IMG/VR virus record: IMGVR_UViG_3300028591_000078
Coordinates: 1 to 64,000 of that record
Length of the DNA: 64,000 bases
Strand: one strand, 5' to 3'
DNA from: a virus
Lineage: Duplodnaviria; Caudoviricetes
Positions within the stretch are counted from its first letter, which is position 1. Every line of letters starts with the position of its first letter. The translations under genes were made by a program, and so were the position numbers. The notes under the pieces are model-generated. The model was not told the origin of the DNA and made no database searches. It saw only the letters and a program-made list of their open reading frames with translations. This document shows positions 49,628 through 59,277 of the stretch, one piece after another.

Positions 49628-50089
49628 GTGAGAAATATGCAGAAGGGTTATAGCTATTTTATAGGAGATGAAGACCTTATAGATGGTACTAAAAAGATAG
49701 TTAATGCTGAACCTCATTATGCTGGTGACGGTATAGATATGGAACCTTGTCCTGATCCTGAATGTTACTGGCATGATGAGAGAGGCTTCTGCTTATATGA
49801 ATCTTGTATAAAAGACGAACTCCCTAAGATGCATTCAGTATGGCATAGAAAGTGTGATCTATGTAGAAAAACCTATGTAGTAGCAGCACCTTTGAATCAG
49901 CCTTGGATGCATGTATGTGAGACATGTAGAAGGCATTTGCAAGACGTTGTTCTTAATGACTGGGTATTTACATGCGGTATATGTGGAGCTACTCAGAATG
50001 GTAATAGACAAGTACCAGATGCTGATATATGTGATGCTTGTGTAAACAAGCTAAGAGTGATAATATTCAATTGCCCTCTCGTTTCTTAA
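49628..50089 (+). CDS. Cys-rich multi-zinc-finger protein (start may be ATG 49637)
   Basis: CPDPEC, CLYESC, CDLC, CETC, CGIC, CDAC. Confidence 0.7.
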   Translation: MRNMQKGYSYFIGDEDLIDGTKKIVNAEPHYAGDGIDMEPCPDPECYWHDERGFCLYESCIKDELPKMHSVWHRKCDLCRKTYVVAAPLNQPWMHVCETCRRHLQDVVLNDWVFTCGICGATQNGNRQVPDADICDACVNKLRVIIFNCPLVS

Positions 50090-50099
50090 GGAGGTACTA

Positions 50100-51182
50100 A
50101 TGGAAGTAACTATTGAACAGTTGCTATATGCTAATTATATAAAGTATGATAAAATGGCTATATTAACTCAGCAAGCGTTTGTTGGTTCAGATGCAACTAT
50201 GGTGAATGTATATATAGATATGCATAGTTTGCTTAAAAACTTATACGCTGAGTTCTATCATAATACTACTATCAAATCATATGTAGTTATAGCAGCATCA
50301 TTCATAAATCTATGTGCTCATATACGAGCATATTTTAGATCCAGACATAGAGTGGAGTCTAGAATATATCTCGTATATGGAGAAAATAGAGGAGAATTCA
50401 ATAAGAAATTCTATTATGACTATCTCAGTACTTGGAATAAGACTTTAAATGCTCACACAGAAGTGACTGAGCTTATAAACGCCAATTTAGGTCTAATTGA
50501 GATGCTCTGTCCATATCTGAATGACATATTCTTCATTAAGACTGATGTAGAACCAGGAGTTGCTATATATAATAGGATTAATAAAGATGAGTTGATCCCT
50601 GGGTTAGAGAAAGTGCCTAGTATAATCATTACTAAGGATGAAAAGTATCTTTCTCAGATCCCAGCAACTAAACCTAATGTAGTAATATATAGGGTATGTA
50701 AGAATCGCGGAGAAGATATATCCTATTATATAGCTAGTGATAATATATGGTTATACAATACTAATTGTCCAGAGTATTATAGTAGAGCTAAATCCCTCAA
50801 TCCTGGATTGCTGTCTCTATTCATGGCTATGACTCATGTACCATCTAGAGATATAAAGAGTAGCTATAATACTCCTAAAGCTATAGCTAAGCTTCACGAG
50901 TTAATACAGGATGGATATCTCTGGAACTCGTATAACTTTGTAGCATCTCTACAATATGCAGCAGATCAGATTCAGGTTAATCTGAAGAGTAGATCTGGTC
51001 CAGCATATGATATTATATCTAAATTCAAAGCTATAGATATCATATATCAGCATGCTGCATATATGGAGACTCCAGAGAGTAAGAATGAAAGCTATCTGAT
51101 TCGTAAGATAGATAATGATGGAGTACGAGAGATAAACAATCAATACTTCAAAGACATTCCGCTTGATCTGGATAGATTATAA
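50100..51182 (+). CDS. Divergent 5'-3' exonuclease/PIN-like fold protein
   Basis: VYIDMHSLL, IYLVYG, DVEPGVAI, IIITKD resemble FEN/T4 RNase H motifs but several acidic residues are missing. Confidence 0.45.
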   Translation: MEVTIEQLLYANYIKYDKMAILTQQAFVGSDATMVNVYIDMHSLLKNLYAEFYHNTTIKSYVVIAASFINLCAHIRAYFRSRHRVESRIYLVYGENRGEFNKKFYYDYLSTWNKTLNAHTEVTELINANLGLIEMLCPYLNDIFFIKTDVEPGVAIYNRINKDELIPGLEKVPSIIITKDEKYLSQIPATKPNVVIYRVCKNRGEDISYYIASDNIWLYNTNCPEYYSRAKSLNPGLLSLFMAMTHVPSRDIKSSYNTPKAIAKLHELIQDGYLWNSYNFVASLQYAADQIQVNLKSRSGPAYDIISKFKAIDIIYQHAAYMETPESKNESYLIRKIDNDGVREINNQYFKDIPLDLDRL

Positions 51183-51239
51183 AAGCTCAACATAAAAGTA
51201 AGGGCCATGCTCTTACTTTTATTTTTTGGAGGGATAAGA

Positions 51240-52463
51240 ATGCTTAACACTGATGCTATTATTCATTCTTATGAATACTCTATAAAAGTGGTATACTTAG
51301 ATAAGAAGAAAGGCAAGAATATAGAGATTCCTGTGGAGAAAGTTACACAGGTTGCAATAGACTTCAATTATAATATGAATACAATGCCAATGGGACTTCT
51401 TATAATGGCTTTAGATAGAAAGTTTAGAGATTATATGATTAAGAATATGAGCGAGAACACTATTCTGGTCAATATAAAGAAGCGATGTAGAGATTTTGAC
51501 GATGTCTTTGTAGACTATATCAAACCTACAGAGTTTAAATACTTTATAGATATTGAGTATAATAAGAGATATGACTATAGATATCAGGATGAAGGTAAAG
51601 ATGATCTTCTTACATCTACAGGTGTAGTAATATTACCATTGAATTCTTTAGTTAATAATAAGAAGATCAAAAATACTAATATCTTTGATACAGATATGTC
51701 TACTATAGTATCTAACTTTACCTTTCCGCTTGGTAAGATACTTATGCAACCATTAACTTATAATACTCATGTACACCAGATCATAGTACCCAAAACGCTT
51801 ACTACAATTAGACAGTGTTTAGAATACTTCAATTCTGATGTAGCAGCATTTCATGATACTATGCCAAGATTCTTTATAGATCATGATCAGACTTACTTAA
51901 TAGACTCATCTGGAAAACCAGTTGTTAAAAAAGGTGAGACTATATTACAAGTATATATCGATGTCTTTGATCTAGATGATCTACATCCTACATTTGAATA
52001 TGGCATGGCTATAGAACCACATAAACGTAGATACTATATTCCTAGTGGTATCCAAGCCTTCAATATCTCTGATCCTACAGTAAATATAACTTCAAACAAT
52101 ATTACTAAGATTGTAGGTGTAGATGCAGATGGCAATAAGGTTGAGTATAGTACAGATCTTACTAATGGTAAAGGCAATAAGAATGCTACTAAGGTTGTAA
52201 ATGTAGATAATAATAACCTTAGATATGTACAAAATGTTGCATCTAGCTATAAGAGCAGTTCTATCAATGTAATATTTACTAAGAGCGATCTTGATAGTTC
52301 TGTAATTACCATGAATAAGGAGTTTATGATCAACTTTGTCGGAGAATACAAAAATAAAAGTGGTAGATATATAATGAATCGTAAGAGAGAATTCTACACA
52401 TCAGACAATGATCTATATAGACTCAATACTACATTCAATCTAAATAAGGTTGAACTAGTATAA
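51240..52463 (+). CDS. Probable baseplate hub-like structural protein
   Basis: Start ATG 51240 after ggagg; late-type promoter at 51189; beta-rich. Confidence 0.5.
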   Translation: MLNTDAIIHSYEYSIKVVYLDKKKGKNIEIPVEKVTQVAIDFNYNMNTMPMGLLIMALDRKFRDYMIKNMSENTILVNIKKRCRDFDDVFVDYIKPTEFKYFIDIEYNKRYDYRYQDEGKDDLLTSTGVVILPLNSLVNNKKIKNTNIFDTDMSTIVSNFTFPLGKILMQPLTYNTHVHQIIVPKTLTTIRQCLEYFNSDVAAFHDTMPRFFIDHDQTYLIDSSGKPVVKKGETILQVYIDVFDLDDLHPTFEYGMAIEPHKRRYYIPSGIQAFNISDPTVNITSNNITKIVGVDADGNKVEYSTDLTNGKGNKNATKVVNVDNNNLRYVQNVASSYKSSSINVIFTKSDLDSSVITMNKEFMINFVGEYKNKSGRYIMNRKREFYTSDNDLYRLNTTFNLNKVELV

Positions 52464-52498
52464 AAGACCCCTAGGCATTATTGCCTAGGGGATTACTT

Positions 52499-52960
52499 TT
52501 ATTTTTTGTTCTGGTTAGTATTAGCCTGTTGATTATTTGTATAATTAGTTCCAGGTTTCTGAACTGAGTTGTCAGCAATATTATTTTGCTGTCCAATATA
52601 ATCATTAACATGAGCTCTTATAAGATCTAGATAATTTTTAGATATTTCTACAGTAGCATTTGCTTTTGCACTAAAAATCAAACCAGCTCTAGTCTTATAC
52701 TCATTAAGCCCTTTCAGAAGGGTGCTCAAATACTTATCTATATCTTGTTTACTATTAGATGCATTTACAATACTTCTATCACCGGACTTCTGATAATCTT
52801 CTTTTGATGAATATTCTCCATTAACTGTACTAGAAGTAGATGCAGTAGTCGCAGAAACTCTAGATGGAGTATTATTTTTAGGAGCATTGGCATTAGCATT
52901 AGTAGTATTTATAGGAGTTCTAGGGTCTGCTTCGTGCAGATAATTTATATGAGCCCTCAT
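52499..52960 (-). CDS. C-terminal half of a split internal head protein paralog
   Basis: Own SD GGAGGT and ATGA overlap; LIFSAKANA aligns with LAFGAKLDA of 53886..55508. Confidence 0.65.
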   Translation of the reverse strand: MRAHINYLHEADPRTPINTTNANANAPKNNTPSRVSATTASTSSTVNGEYSSKEDYQKSGDRSIVNASNSKQDIDKYLSTLLKGLNEYKTRAGLIFSAKANATVEISKNYLDLIRAHVNDYIGQQNNIADNSVQKPGTNYTNNQQANTNQNKK

Positions 52961-53871
52961 GAATTATTACCTCCTGCACTATTAGCAATTTTATCAGCTT
53001 CAGAATTTGCTTCCTTAGATTGATTTTTTAGATCATTAGTTACAGTATCTGATGCTTGTGTAGTATGCTGCTGCGGTTGCTGCTTACTATTTTCAATTTC
53101 TTCTTGAGATTTTCTTGCTTTAGTTTCAAAGACATTTACTATAGCTATACAGTTATCATCAAAAACCTTTGAATCTTTTTCAATATTAGCTTTGATTTTA
53201 TTTACATCATGGCACCATTCATACATATCAGTCATATTTAGACTACTATCTGTTGTAGGAATGACTCTTGCTTTTCCACCAAGATAATATTGTTTTAAAG
53301 CAGCTCCAACAGCAGCATTATCAGATCTCATATCAGCTGATATTTCAGCATTATGGTAAATCTTATTTATAGAAGCAAAAGCGCTAGAATGACCGGAAAA
53401 AATTTCATAAGGATTGTTTAATGCATCACTATTATTATCATTTTTCATGATATTAAGCAAAGCATCTGCTCCAGCATTTATATCATTAACTGTTAAAGCT
53501 TCTATTTTATCATTAAATATACGCTCAATTCCAACCTTATGGTTTGGAATCTCGACAGTAAATCCTTCTTTTACTTTTTTCTTTAAAATAATATCTTTAT
53601 ACTGTTCAACATATCCAGCTTGATTACTAAAAGTATTGGCAAGTTTTTCAAGAAATTTAGCAAATACTCTCTTAATCCAAGCCCTAAATTTATCCCAGTT
53701 ATTTTTGATTCTTTCTGTAGCAGCTTCAGTAAATATTTGAAGACGCTGTTCTATGGTTGCAGATTCAGTAATTCCTATACATGTATTAACATGATCTTCA
53801 AGGCTGAACTGCTCTTCCATAACAGATTCAAGATATCTCAGATAATCTAATTCCATGATATCATTATCCAT
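52957..53871 (-). CDS. Internal head protein paralog, N-terminal half
   Basis: FTEA followed by amphipathic WDKFRAWIKRVFAKF..YVEQYK, as in the neighbouring paralogs. Confidence 0.7.
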   Translation of the reverse strand: MDNDIMELDYLRYLESVMEEQFSLEDHVNTCIGITESATIEQRLQIFTEAATERIKNNWDKFRAWIKRVFAKFLEKLANTFSNQAGYVEQYKDIILKKKVKEGFTVEIPNHKVGIERIFNDKIEALTVNDINAGADALLNIMKNDNNSDALNNPYEIFSGHSSAFASINKIYHNAEISADMRSDNAAVGAALKQYYLGGKARVIPTTDSSLNMTDMYEWCHDVNKIKANIEKDSKVFDDNCIAIVNVFETKARKSQEEIENSKQQPQQHTTQASDTVTNDLKNQSKEANSEADKIANSAGGNNS

Positions 53872-53885
53872 AGTGTATTTACCTC

Positions 53886-55508
53886 CTATCTCCGTCTTTC
53901 TATCTCTACTTCACATTTAGTAATCCATGTGCTTATCTCATTTATTGTATCTTCTCTTAATGCTCCGCGCTGTTTTTCTTTTACATAATTGATACGTTCG
54001 CCGAAGCGTAATCCGCGCATTGCATTATAATCAGCACTGTCTAATGTTTGTCTAGAATTAAGACTTACATTATATCCACTATTTACTTTACCATCAAGCC
54101 CTATTTGCATTCCATATCCTGTATTAGTTCTTTTTAAGTTATCAAGAAGCCTATCACCAAACTCGGAATCAGGAATTTTAAATGCTGCTCTCCTAAGATT
54201 TATAAACATGGCTTTTGCATCTTTAAACAGTTTGATAGCTTGTTTCTTATCAGATTCTCTTAATCCTTTTGTGTATGTAGCTTTAGCTATCTTCATATCT
54301 TCAGAATTAAGAATTTCATGTTGAGCTTTATAAGCATCATGTGATTCAGTGATAAATGCCTCTTCACGAACACCCTGTATCTTATAAAGAGCTTTATAAA
54401 GTACAGTTTTATCCTGAACAAACATAGCTTTTGCTGCATCAAGCTTAGCACCAAATGCTAAAGCATGTATATTACTCATCTGCTGAACTTGATTTATTTT
54501 AGCTTTCTTATAAAGCTCAATCTGCTTCAGCAGAGTAGGAGAATTCATTCCGATGCCTAATACTATATTAGAGCTATAGTTATCACTAGCTTTTGTATGA
54601 GCTCCTAGTCCTAATGTAAGACTAAGTGTATCATTTTTACCCTCAGACTTAACCATAGTATCTAGCTCTTTCTTCATAGTATTGTAAGAATCATCAATAT
54701 CTCTCTTATTTTTTTCTATACTAGACTTAAGAGACTCATATCTCTTAAATCTATTAAGACAGTTATTAATATATCCACTAGTGATATCTATATTTTTCTT
54801 GTCAGATTCACCATTTCTGTATACTGCAAACAAAGCTTTATCAAAATCAGACTCATTGATATCATCATTTGATCCTATAACACGAGCTCTGAGCTCATCA
54901 TAATAAGAATTATTAAGCTTATCTATAAGATTATCATATTTATCAGAAATAGTTTTTTCCGCATCACTAATGGCTTTTTTGAGCTCGTCTCCGCTTTTAC
55001 CTTCCATAGTTTTAGCTATGTCTGCAAAATCAATATCTATATCATCAATCCATTCAGATTCTGGTTTTGCATTAGGTATATTTTCAGATAAAGTAAACTC
55101 ATATCCTTCAAAGTCAAACTTATGCAAATCATCTTTAAATTTTCCAAACTCTGATTCATGTTTCTTGAGATACTTTTCAGATTTAAGCATAGAGTTCATA
55201 TTAGTGATGAATCTCTGAAAGATTGACTTAAGGAATGCGAGAAACTTATCGATTATCTTTTTAACAGTATTGCTAAATGTTTCAAAAGATTCTGTTATAA
55301 GTTCTGTTTCACCATCAGATTCGAGCAATCCTGTATATAAAATCTTGGTAGCCTCTGTAAACTCATGATTATACTCTATAAGGAAATTTACAGTCTGATT
55401 AAAATATGATACATCTTCAAGTATCGTATCAGATACTGTAATATTATCAAGAGTAGGAGCCTTTACAGTAGCTTCATTCAAGATAGACATATCTAAGAAA
55501 TTAGCCAT
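53886..55508 (-). CDS. Internal head protein paralog with C-terminal extension
   Basis: Acidic leader with xxE-A/S motifs; VKKIIDKFLAFLKSIFQRF..KYLKKH. Confidence 0.7.
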   Translation of the reverse strand: MANFLDMSILNEATVKAPTLDNITVSDTILEDVSYFNQTVNFLIEYNHEFTEATKILYTGLLESDGETELITESFETFSNTVKKIIDKFLAFLKSIFQRFITNMNSMLKSEKYLKKHESEFGKFKDDLHKFDFEGYEFTLSENIPNAKPESEWIDDIDIDFADIAKTMEGKSGDELKKAISDAEKTISDKYDNLIDKLNNSYYDELRARVIGSNDDINESDFDKALFAVYRNGESDKKNIDITSGYINNCLNRFKRYESLKSSIEKNKRDIDDSYNTMKKELDTMVKSEGKNDTLSLTLGLGAHTKASDNYSSNIVLGIGMNSPTLLKQIELYKKAKINQVQQMSNIHALAFGAKLDAAKAMFVQDKTVLYKALYKIQGVREEAFITESHDAYKAQHEILNSEDMKIAKATYTKGLRESDKKQAIKLFKDAKAMFINLRRAAFKIPDSEFGDRLLDNLKRTNTGYGMQIGLDGKVNSGYNVSLNSRQTLDSADYNAMRGLRFGERINYVKEKQRGALREDTINEISTWITKCEVEIERRR

Positions 55509-55595
55509 AATATCCTCCTTGTTAATAATTGTAAAGTAAATAGGGATTACCTTTCGGTAATCCCTATATATATCAAAGTATGAAATATACTTGAT

Positions 55596-56723
55596 TTACT
55601 TCAGAACTACCCCTGCGAGGAAGTCCATTGTTTTAGCCGATTCATAGACACCGGCACTCTCATTCTTCGACGACTTAGGCTTAACAGAAGCAGTGATAAC
55701 CTTAGTAATTATGTGCTTAGCCTGTGAAGCTTCATCCTTAAGAGCCTGGAGATATATACCATTTACAGTTGTTGTAATATCAAGGGATGCCTTCCAAAGC
55801 TCTATGACTTTACCATATCCAGACAGTTTAGAGCTCTTCTCCTCATCATTCTGGCTATCAGTCTTAGAGATCTTATTCTTTGCATTTTCGATAACTTTTA
55901 TCGTAGCATCAAATGTGCGCTTGAAACCATCAAAGGCAGTATTAGCTTCATTTTTAGTCTTACTATAATCTTTAAGAATATTACAATATGTGGTAATATC
56001 ACCAAGTTCGCTCTTTTTAAACGTTTCCTTAGTGTCCTTATCACTTCTGTATGCCTTAAAGATTGCTTTGTTGAATTCAGCACTGTCAAGTGTTTCTCCA
56101 ACATCAGCACCCACAGCTTTAGCAGCCAGTGAACGAGCTACAGGATCTACATCAAGCTCATTAACCTTTTTGATGAATTCATCAATATCTTCCTTACCTT
56201 CATCAGAAGAAATTCCATCAATATAAGAAGAATTTGTTTTACTGAACAGACCTTCCTTAATGGACTTATTTACTGTTTCAGGCTTAAAAGACTCGATAGA
56301 AAACTTAAATCCATTGAAAGTAAAGTCATCATCGAGCTTAGACCACTTATCTTCTGCTTCCTTCTGATACTTAGCAATGAACTTAGAGTCATTCTTAGAC
56401 ATAGAGCTCAGCCAAGCAAAGAATTTGTGAAAAATTTCCTTTATCTTGTCCCAGAGCTTAACGAAGAACTGTTTAACCTTCTCAAAGAAATTAGTAGCTC
56501 CAGCACCCTCATATACGATCTCGTAGCCATTCTCTTCAAAGAAGCTAAGTTCGCCGATACCGATAGCTTTCATAATTGTATTATAATTAGCTTCACTTTC
56601 AGCTACAAGCTCTATAGCCATAGCTGTATAGTTAGCACTTTCAAGAGCAGGAGTTACATCAGCCATCTCTGTAGAGAGAATGCTGCTTTCTGCAACAACG
56701 CTATTTGTAGAAAAAATTCCCAT
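55596..56723 (-). CDS. Internal head protein paralog
   Basis: MGIFSTN start; VYEGA then FEKVKQFFVKLWDKIKEIFHKF..KFIAKY. Confidence 0.7.
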   Translation of the reverse strand: MGIFSTNSVVAESSILSTEMADVTPALESANYTAMAIELVAESEANYNTIMKAIGIGELSFFEENGYEIVYEGAGATNFFEKVKQFFVKLWDKIKEIFHKFFAWLSSMSKNDSKFIAKYQKEAEDKWSKLDDDFTFNGFKFSIESFKPETVNKSIKEGLFSKTNSSYIDGISSDEGKEDIDEFIKKVNELDVDPVARSLAAKAVGADVGETLDSAEFNKAIFKAYRSDKDTKETFKKSELGDITTYCNILKDYSKTKNEANTAFDGFKRTFDATIKVIENAKNKISKTDSQNDEEKSSKLSGYGKVIELWKASLDITTTVNGIYLQALKDEASQAKHIITKVITASVKPKSSKNESAGVYESAKTMDFLAGVVLK

Positions 56724-56743
56724 AACTGTTATTCCTCCTGTTA

Positions 56744-57985
56744 TTATTCAGTGGCAACATAGTACATGTTGTCTATGAGCTCACATGCTTCATAGTATGC
56801 AGAGTCGCCTATAGCCGCAACAAGATCAGCATCTTCCTTCTTAGGACCATATGCAACAGCTGCAGCAAATATCTTACGTGCAGTAGTGCATGCTTCCTTA
56901 TAAGCTTTAACAGATGCACCAGCATATGTATTGAATACATCCTGCAGAACTACAGCCTTCTTATGAGCAAGCTGATATTTAGCCTGCCAGAATTTGATCT
57001 TCAGCATATCAGAATCTTTAGATGCATCAACTGTATCCTGTCTTGATGTATCTCTTTCTGTATCAGCTGTACCTTTCTCAGTAGTATTTAAAGTTTTAGC
57101 TATTGTAAGCTTTCCTTCTTTACCACTTCTGAGAACATCACTAGCCTGTTTCTCAAGCTTATTTATTGCGTCTATATAATACTTGATAGCCTTATCTGTA
57201 TTTTCATTGGTATCCTTTATTGACTTAAGTCCATCCTTGTTCTGGAGAAGCTCTCCTACCCAGCCATCAAGAACCTGTTCAGCTGTGAACTTTACATCAT
57301 CTTTATCTGCAAAGATGCGGCTGAAATAATCCTTTTCGAATGTAGACTTTGTTACATGCTCAGGAAGTCCATCGATATGTGCAGCAACGGCAGCCGAAAA
57401 TTCAGTATCGACATCGAAATCAGAAATCTGATCCTTAAGAGACTCAAGGCCCTTTTCATAAGCGCCATTTACGCCAGCACCTGTTGCTCCTGCAGAGGGT
57501 ATTATAAACTTATCATTAGATTTGAAAGCAGGGGTTAAGTTAGAAATAGTAATACCATCTTTAAGAGTACTACAGTTTACAGAGAAATCTTTGAAACTAT
57601 CTTTCTTGATACGAATATCCTGCTTGTACTTGTCATAGAATTTCTTAGAATCCTTCATAAAAGTAGCATCAAGCTTTGCAATAAAAGCTTTAAATATACC
57701 CTTGATCTTTTTACCAAGTGCAATGAAGAATTCCTTAAGCTTTTCCCAAGCACCATTAAGAGCGCCTTCCTGGAGAATGTATACTTCTTCAACAGATGCG
57801 CCTTCCTGAATAAGGCAAGCTTCCTGGAAGTCTGTTGCTATAATACCATTGAACAGTGCCATATCATTCTGATAGCCTTCGAGCATAGCTATAGCGGCAC
57901 CGATTTCACCATGATAACCTTCTGCAGCTTCGATTACTACGTCTGTGCCTACAGAATTATATCTATTTGTGGAAAAAATTCCCAT
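56744..57985 (-). CDS. Internal head protein paralog
   Basis: MGIFSTN start; LQEGA then WEKLKEFFIALGKKIKGIFKAF..KFYDKY; late-type promoter at 58054-58066. Confidence 0.7.
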   Translation of the reverse strand: MGIFSTNRYNSVGTDVVIEAAEGYHGEIGAAIAMLEGYQNDMALFNGIIATDFQEACLIQEGASVEEVYILQEGALNGAWEKLKEFFIALGKKIKGIFKAFIAKLDATFMKDSKKFYDKYKQDIRIKKDSFKDFSVNCSTLKDGITISNLTPAFKSNDKFIIPSAGATGAGVNGAYEKGLESLKDQISDFDVDTEFSAAVAAHIDGLPEHVTKSTFEKDYFSRIFADKDDVKFTAEQVLDGWVGELLQNKDGLKSIKDTNENTDKAIKYYIDAINKLEKQASDVLRSGKEGKLTIAKTLNTTEKGTADTERDTSRQDTVDASKDSDMLKIKFWQAKYQLAHKKAVVLQDVFNTYAGASVKAYKEACTTARKIFAAAVAYGPKKEDADLVAAIGDSAYYEACELIDNMYYVATE

Positions 57986-58078
57986 TGTATTTTCCTCCTT
58001 TTTGGATTTATAAATCTTTGTTGTTCTATAAGTCCCATAGTAGGCTTACAGATTTATTATTATGTTTATTTTACAGAA

Positions 58079-59263
58079 TTAGAATAAGACTGAGCCAGCA
58101 GAATCAGGTACCGAGTCTACCACCTCATCAGCCTTATACTTCTTATTAGAAGAAACTATATCTTTAGTTGCTTCTACTTCTGCAGTCTTGACCTTAATTG
58201 CAAGTGCATTAGAAATCTTCTTGAATGCATTTGCAATTCCATTCTGCTTAGCAAGTATCTTAGTCTTCTGCTCCTTATCAAGAGTCTTATTAGATTCTAT
58301 ATTAGAAGCATTCAACTGAAGAAGAGTTGCCTGAGCATCAAAGTATTCAGAGGTTCTTACTCTTGCATAATAGCCAAGGAAGATAAGTTCTCTTATAATA
58401 GGTATTATAGAGAATATCAGTGCTACTACTGCTATACCGCCGGCTATTACACCCATAGACAAGCCAGTAAGATTCTTTACATTGTTTCTTATGATATATT
58501 CACAAGACTTATCAACTTCGCCAGATCTACAAGCATCATTAAACTTCTTGACAGTTGTGAATACCATATGTTGTTTAGTTCTTGTCATAGCCTGCCTATC
58601 AAGAGTCATCTCAAATGTATCATTTGTAGGAGTCTTGATAAATGCTATAGTAGTGGAGATCAGATAAGAAGTAGCAGTTATAATTCCAAGTACAGTACCA
58701 TTATAAAGTACCATCGGAAGTTCTACCTTATATCTGAATGCTTTAGCAAAGAGTTCTTTACGTTCGAGAATATTATTGATAGCAATCTGAACGGTATCAA
58801 CAGGATCTGTAGGCTGCTTATATTCTTTAAGCAGTTCCTTCATAATATTGAGACAGTCTACTATCTTCTCGTAGTTAGAAAGCTTTGTGATATCACCCTT
58901 AGTGTCAGGAATCTCGCCAAAGTCTATATCATCTACCTTATCCATAATAGCATCATAAAGCTTAGAAGTAAGATTAACCATAATCTTATCCTGGTCAGCT
59001 TCATTAACTGCTAAGAGGATCTTTCTTGTATTAGAATCAGTTACATCAAAGAACTCATCCATCACTCTAGTAAATTCAGGAGAGCGATAAACTTCTCTGA
59101 AATAACTCATGTCAGCCTTAGGAGTAGGGTTCTGAGAATACTCAAAAATTCTACCATCATGTACATGATCTTCTTCAAGGCCCTGTTCATGCTTTATAGC
59201 AGCAACCTGAGTATCATGATCTGCAAGAACCTTCTTAAGCTCTTCATCACTATATAAAGCCAT
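58079..59263 (-). CDS. Probable virion protein with transmembrane segment(s)
   Basis: Hydrophobic GVIAGGIAVVALIFSIIPII and VLGIITATSYLISTTIAFI; in a late operon. Confidence 0.6.
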   Translation of the reverse strand: MALYSDEELKKVLADHDTQVAAIKHEQGLEEDHVHDGRIFEYSQNPTPKADMSYFREVYRSPEFTRVMDEFFDVTDSNTRKILLAVNEADQDKIMVNLTSKLYDAIMDKVDDIDFGEIPDTKGDITKLSNYEKIVDCLNIMKELLKEYKQPTDPVDTVQIAINNILERKELFAKAFRYKVELPMVLYNGTVLGIITATSYLISTTIAFIKTPTNDTFEMTLDRQAMTRTKQHMVFTTVKKFNDACRSGEVDKSCEYIIRNNVKNLTGLSMGVIAGGIAVVALIFSIIPIIRELIFLGYYARVRTSEYFDAQATLLQLNASNIESNKTLDKEQKTKILAKQNGIANAFKKISNALAIKVKTAEVEATKDIVSSNKKYKADEVVDSVPDSAGSVLF

Positions 59264-59277
59264 TAGTTACACCTCCC

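Noticed and set aside
52940-52975. Programmed frameshift joining the split head gene
   Set aside because: No slippery sequence at the junction; the SD plus ATGA overlap is better explained by coupled re-initiation.
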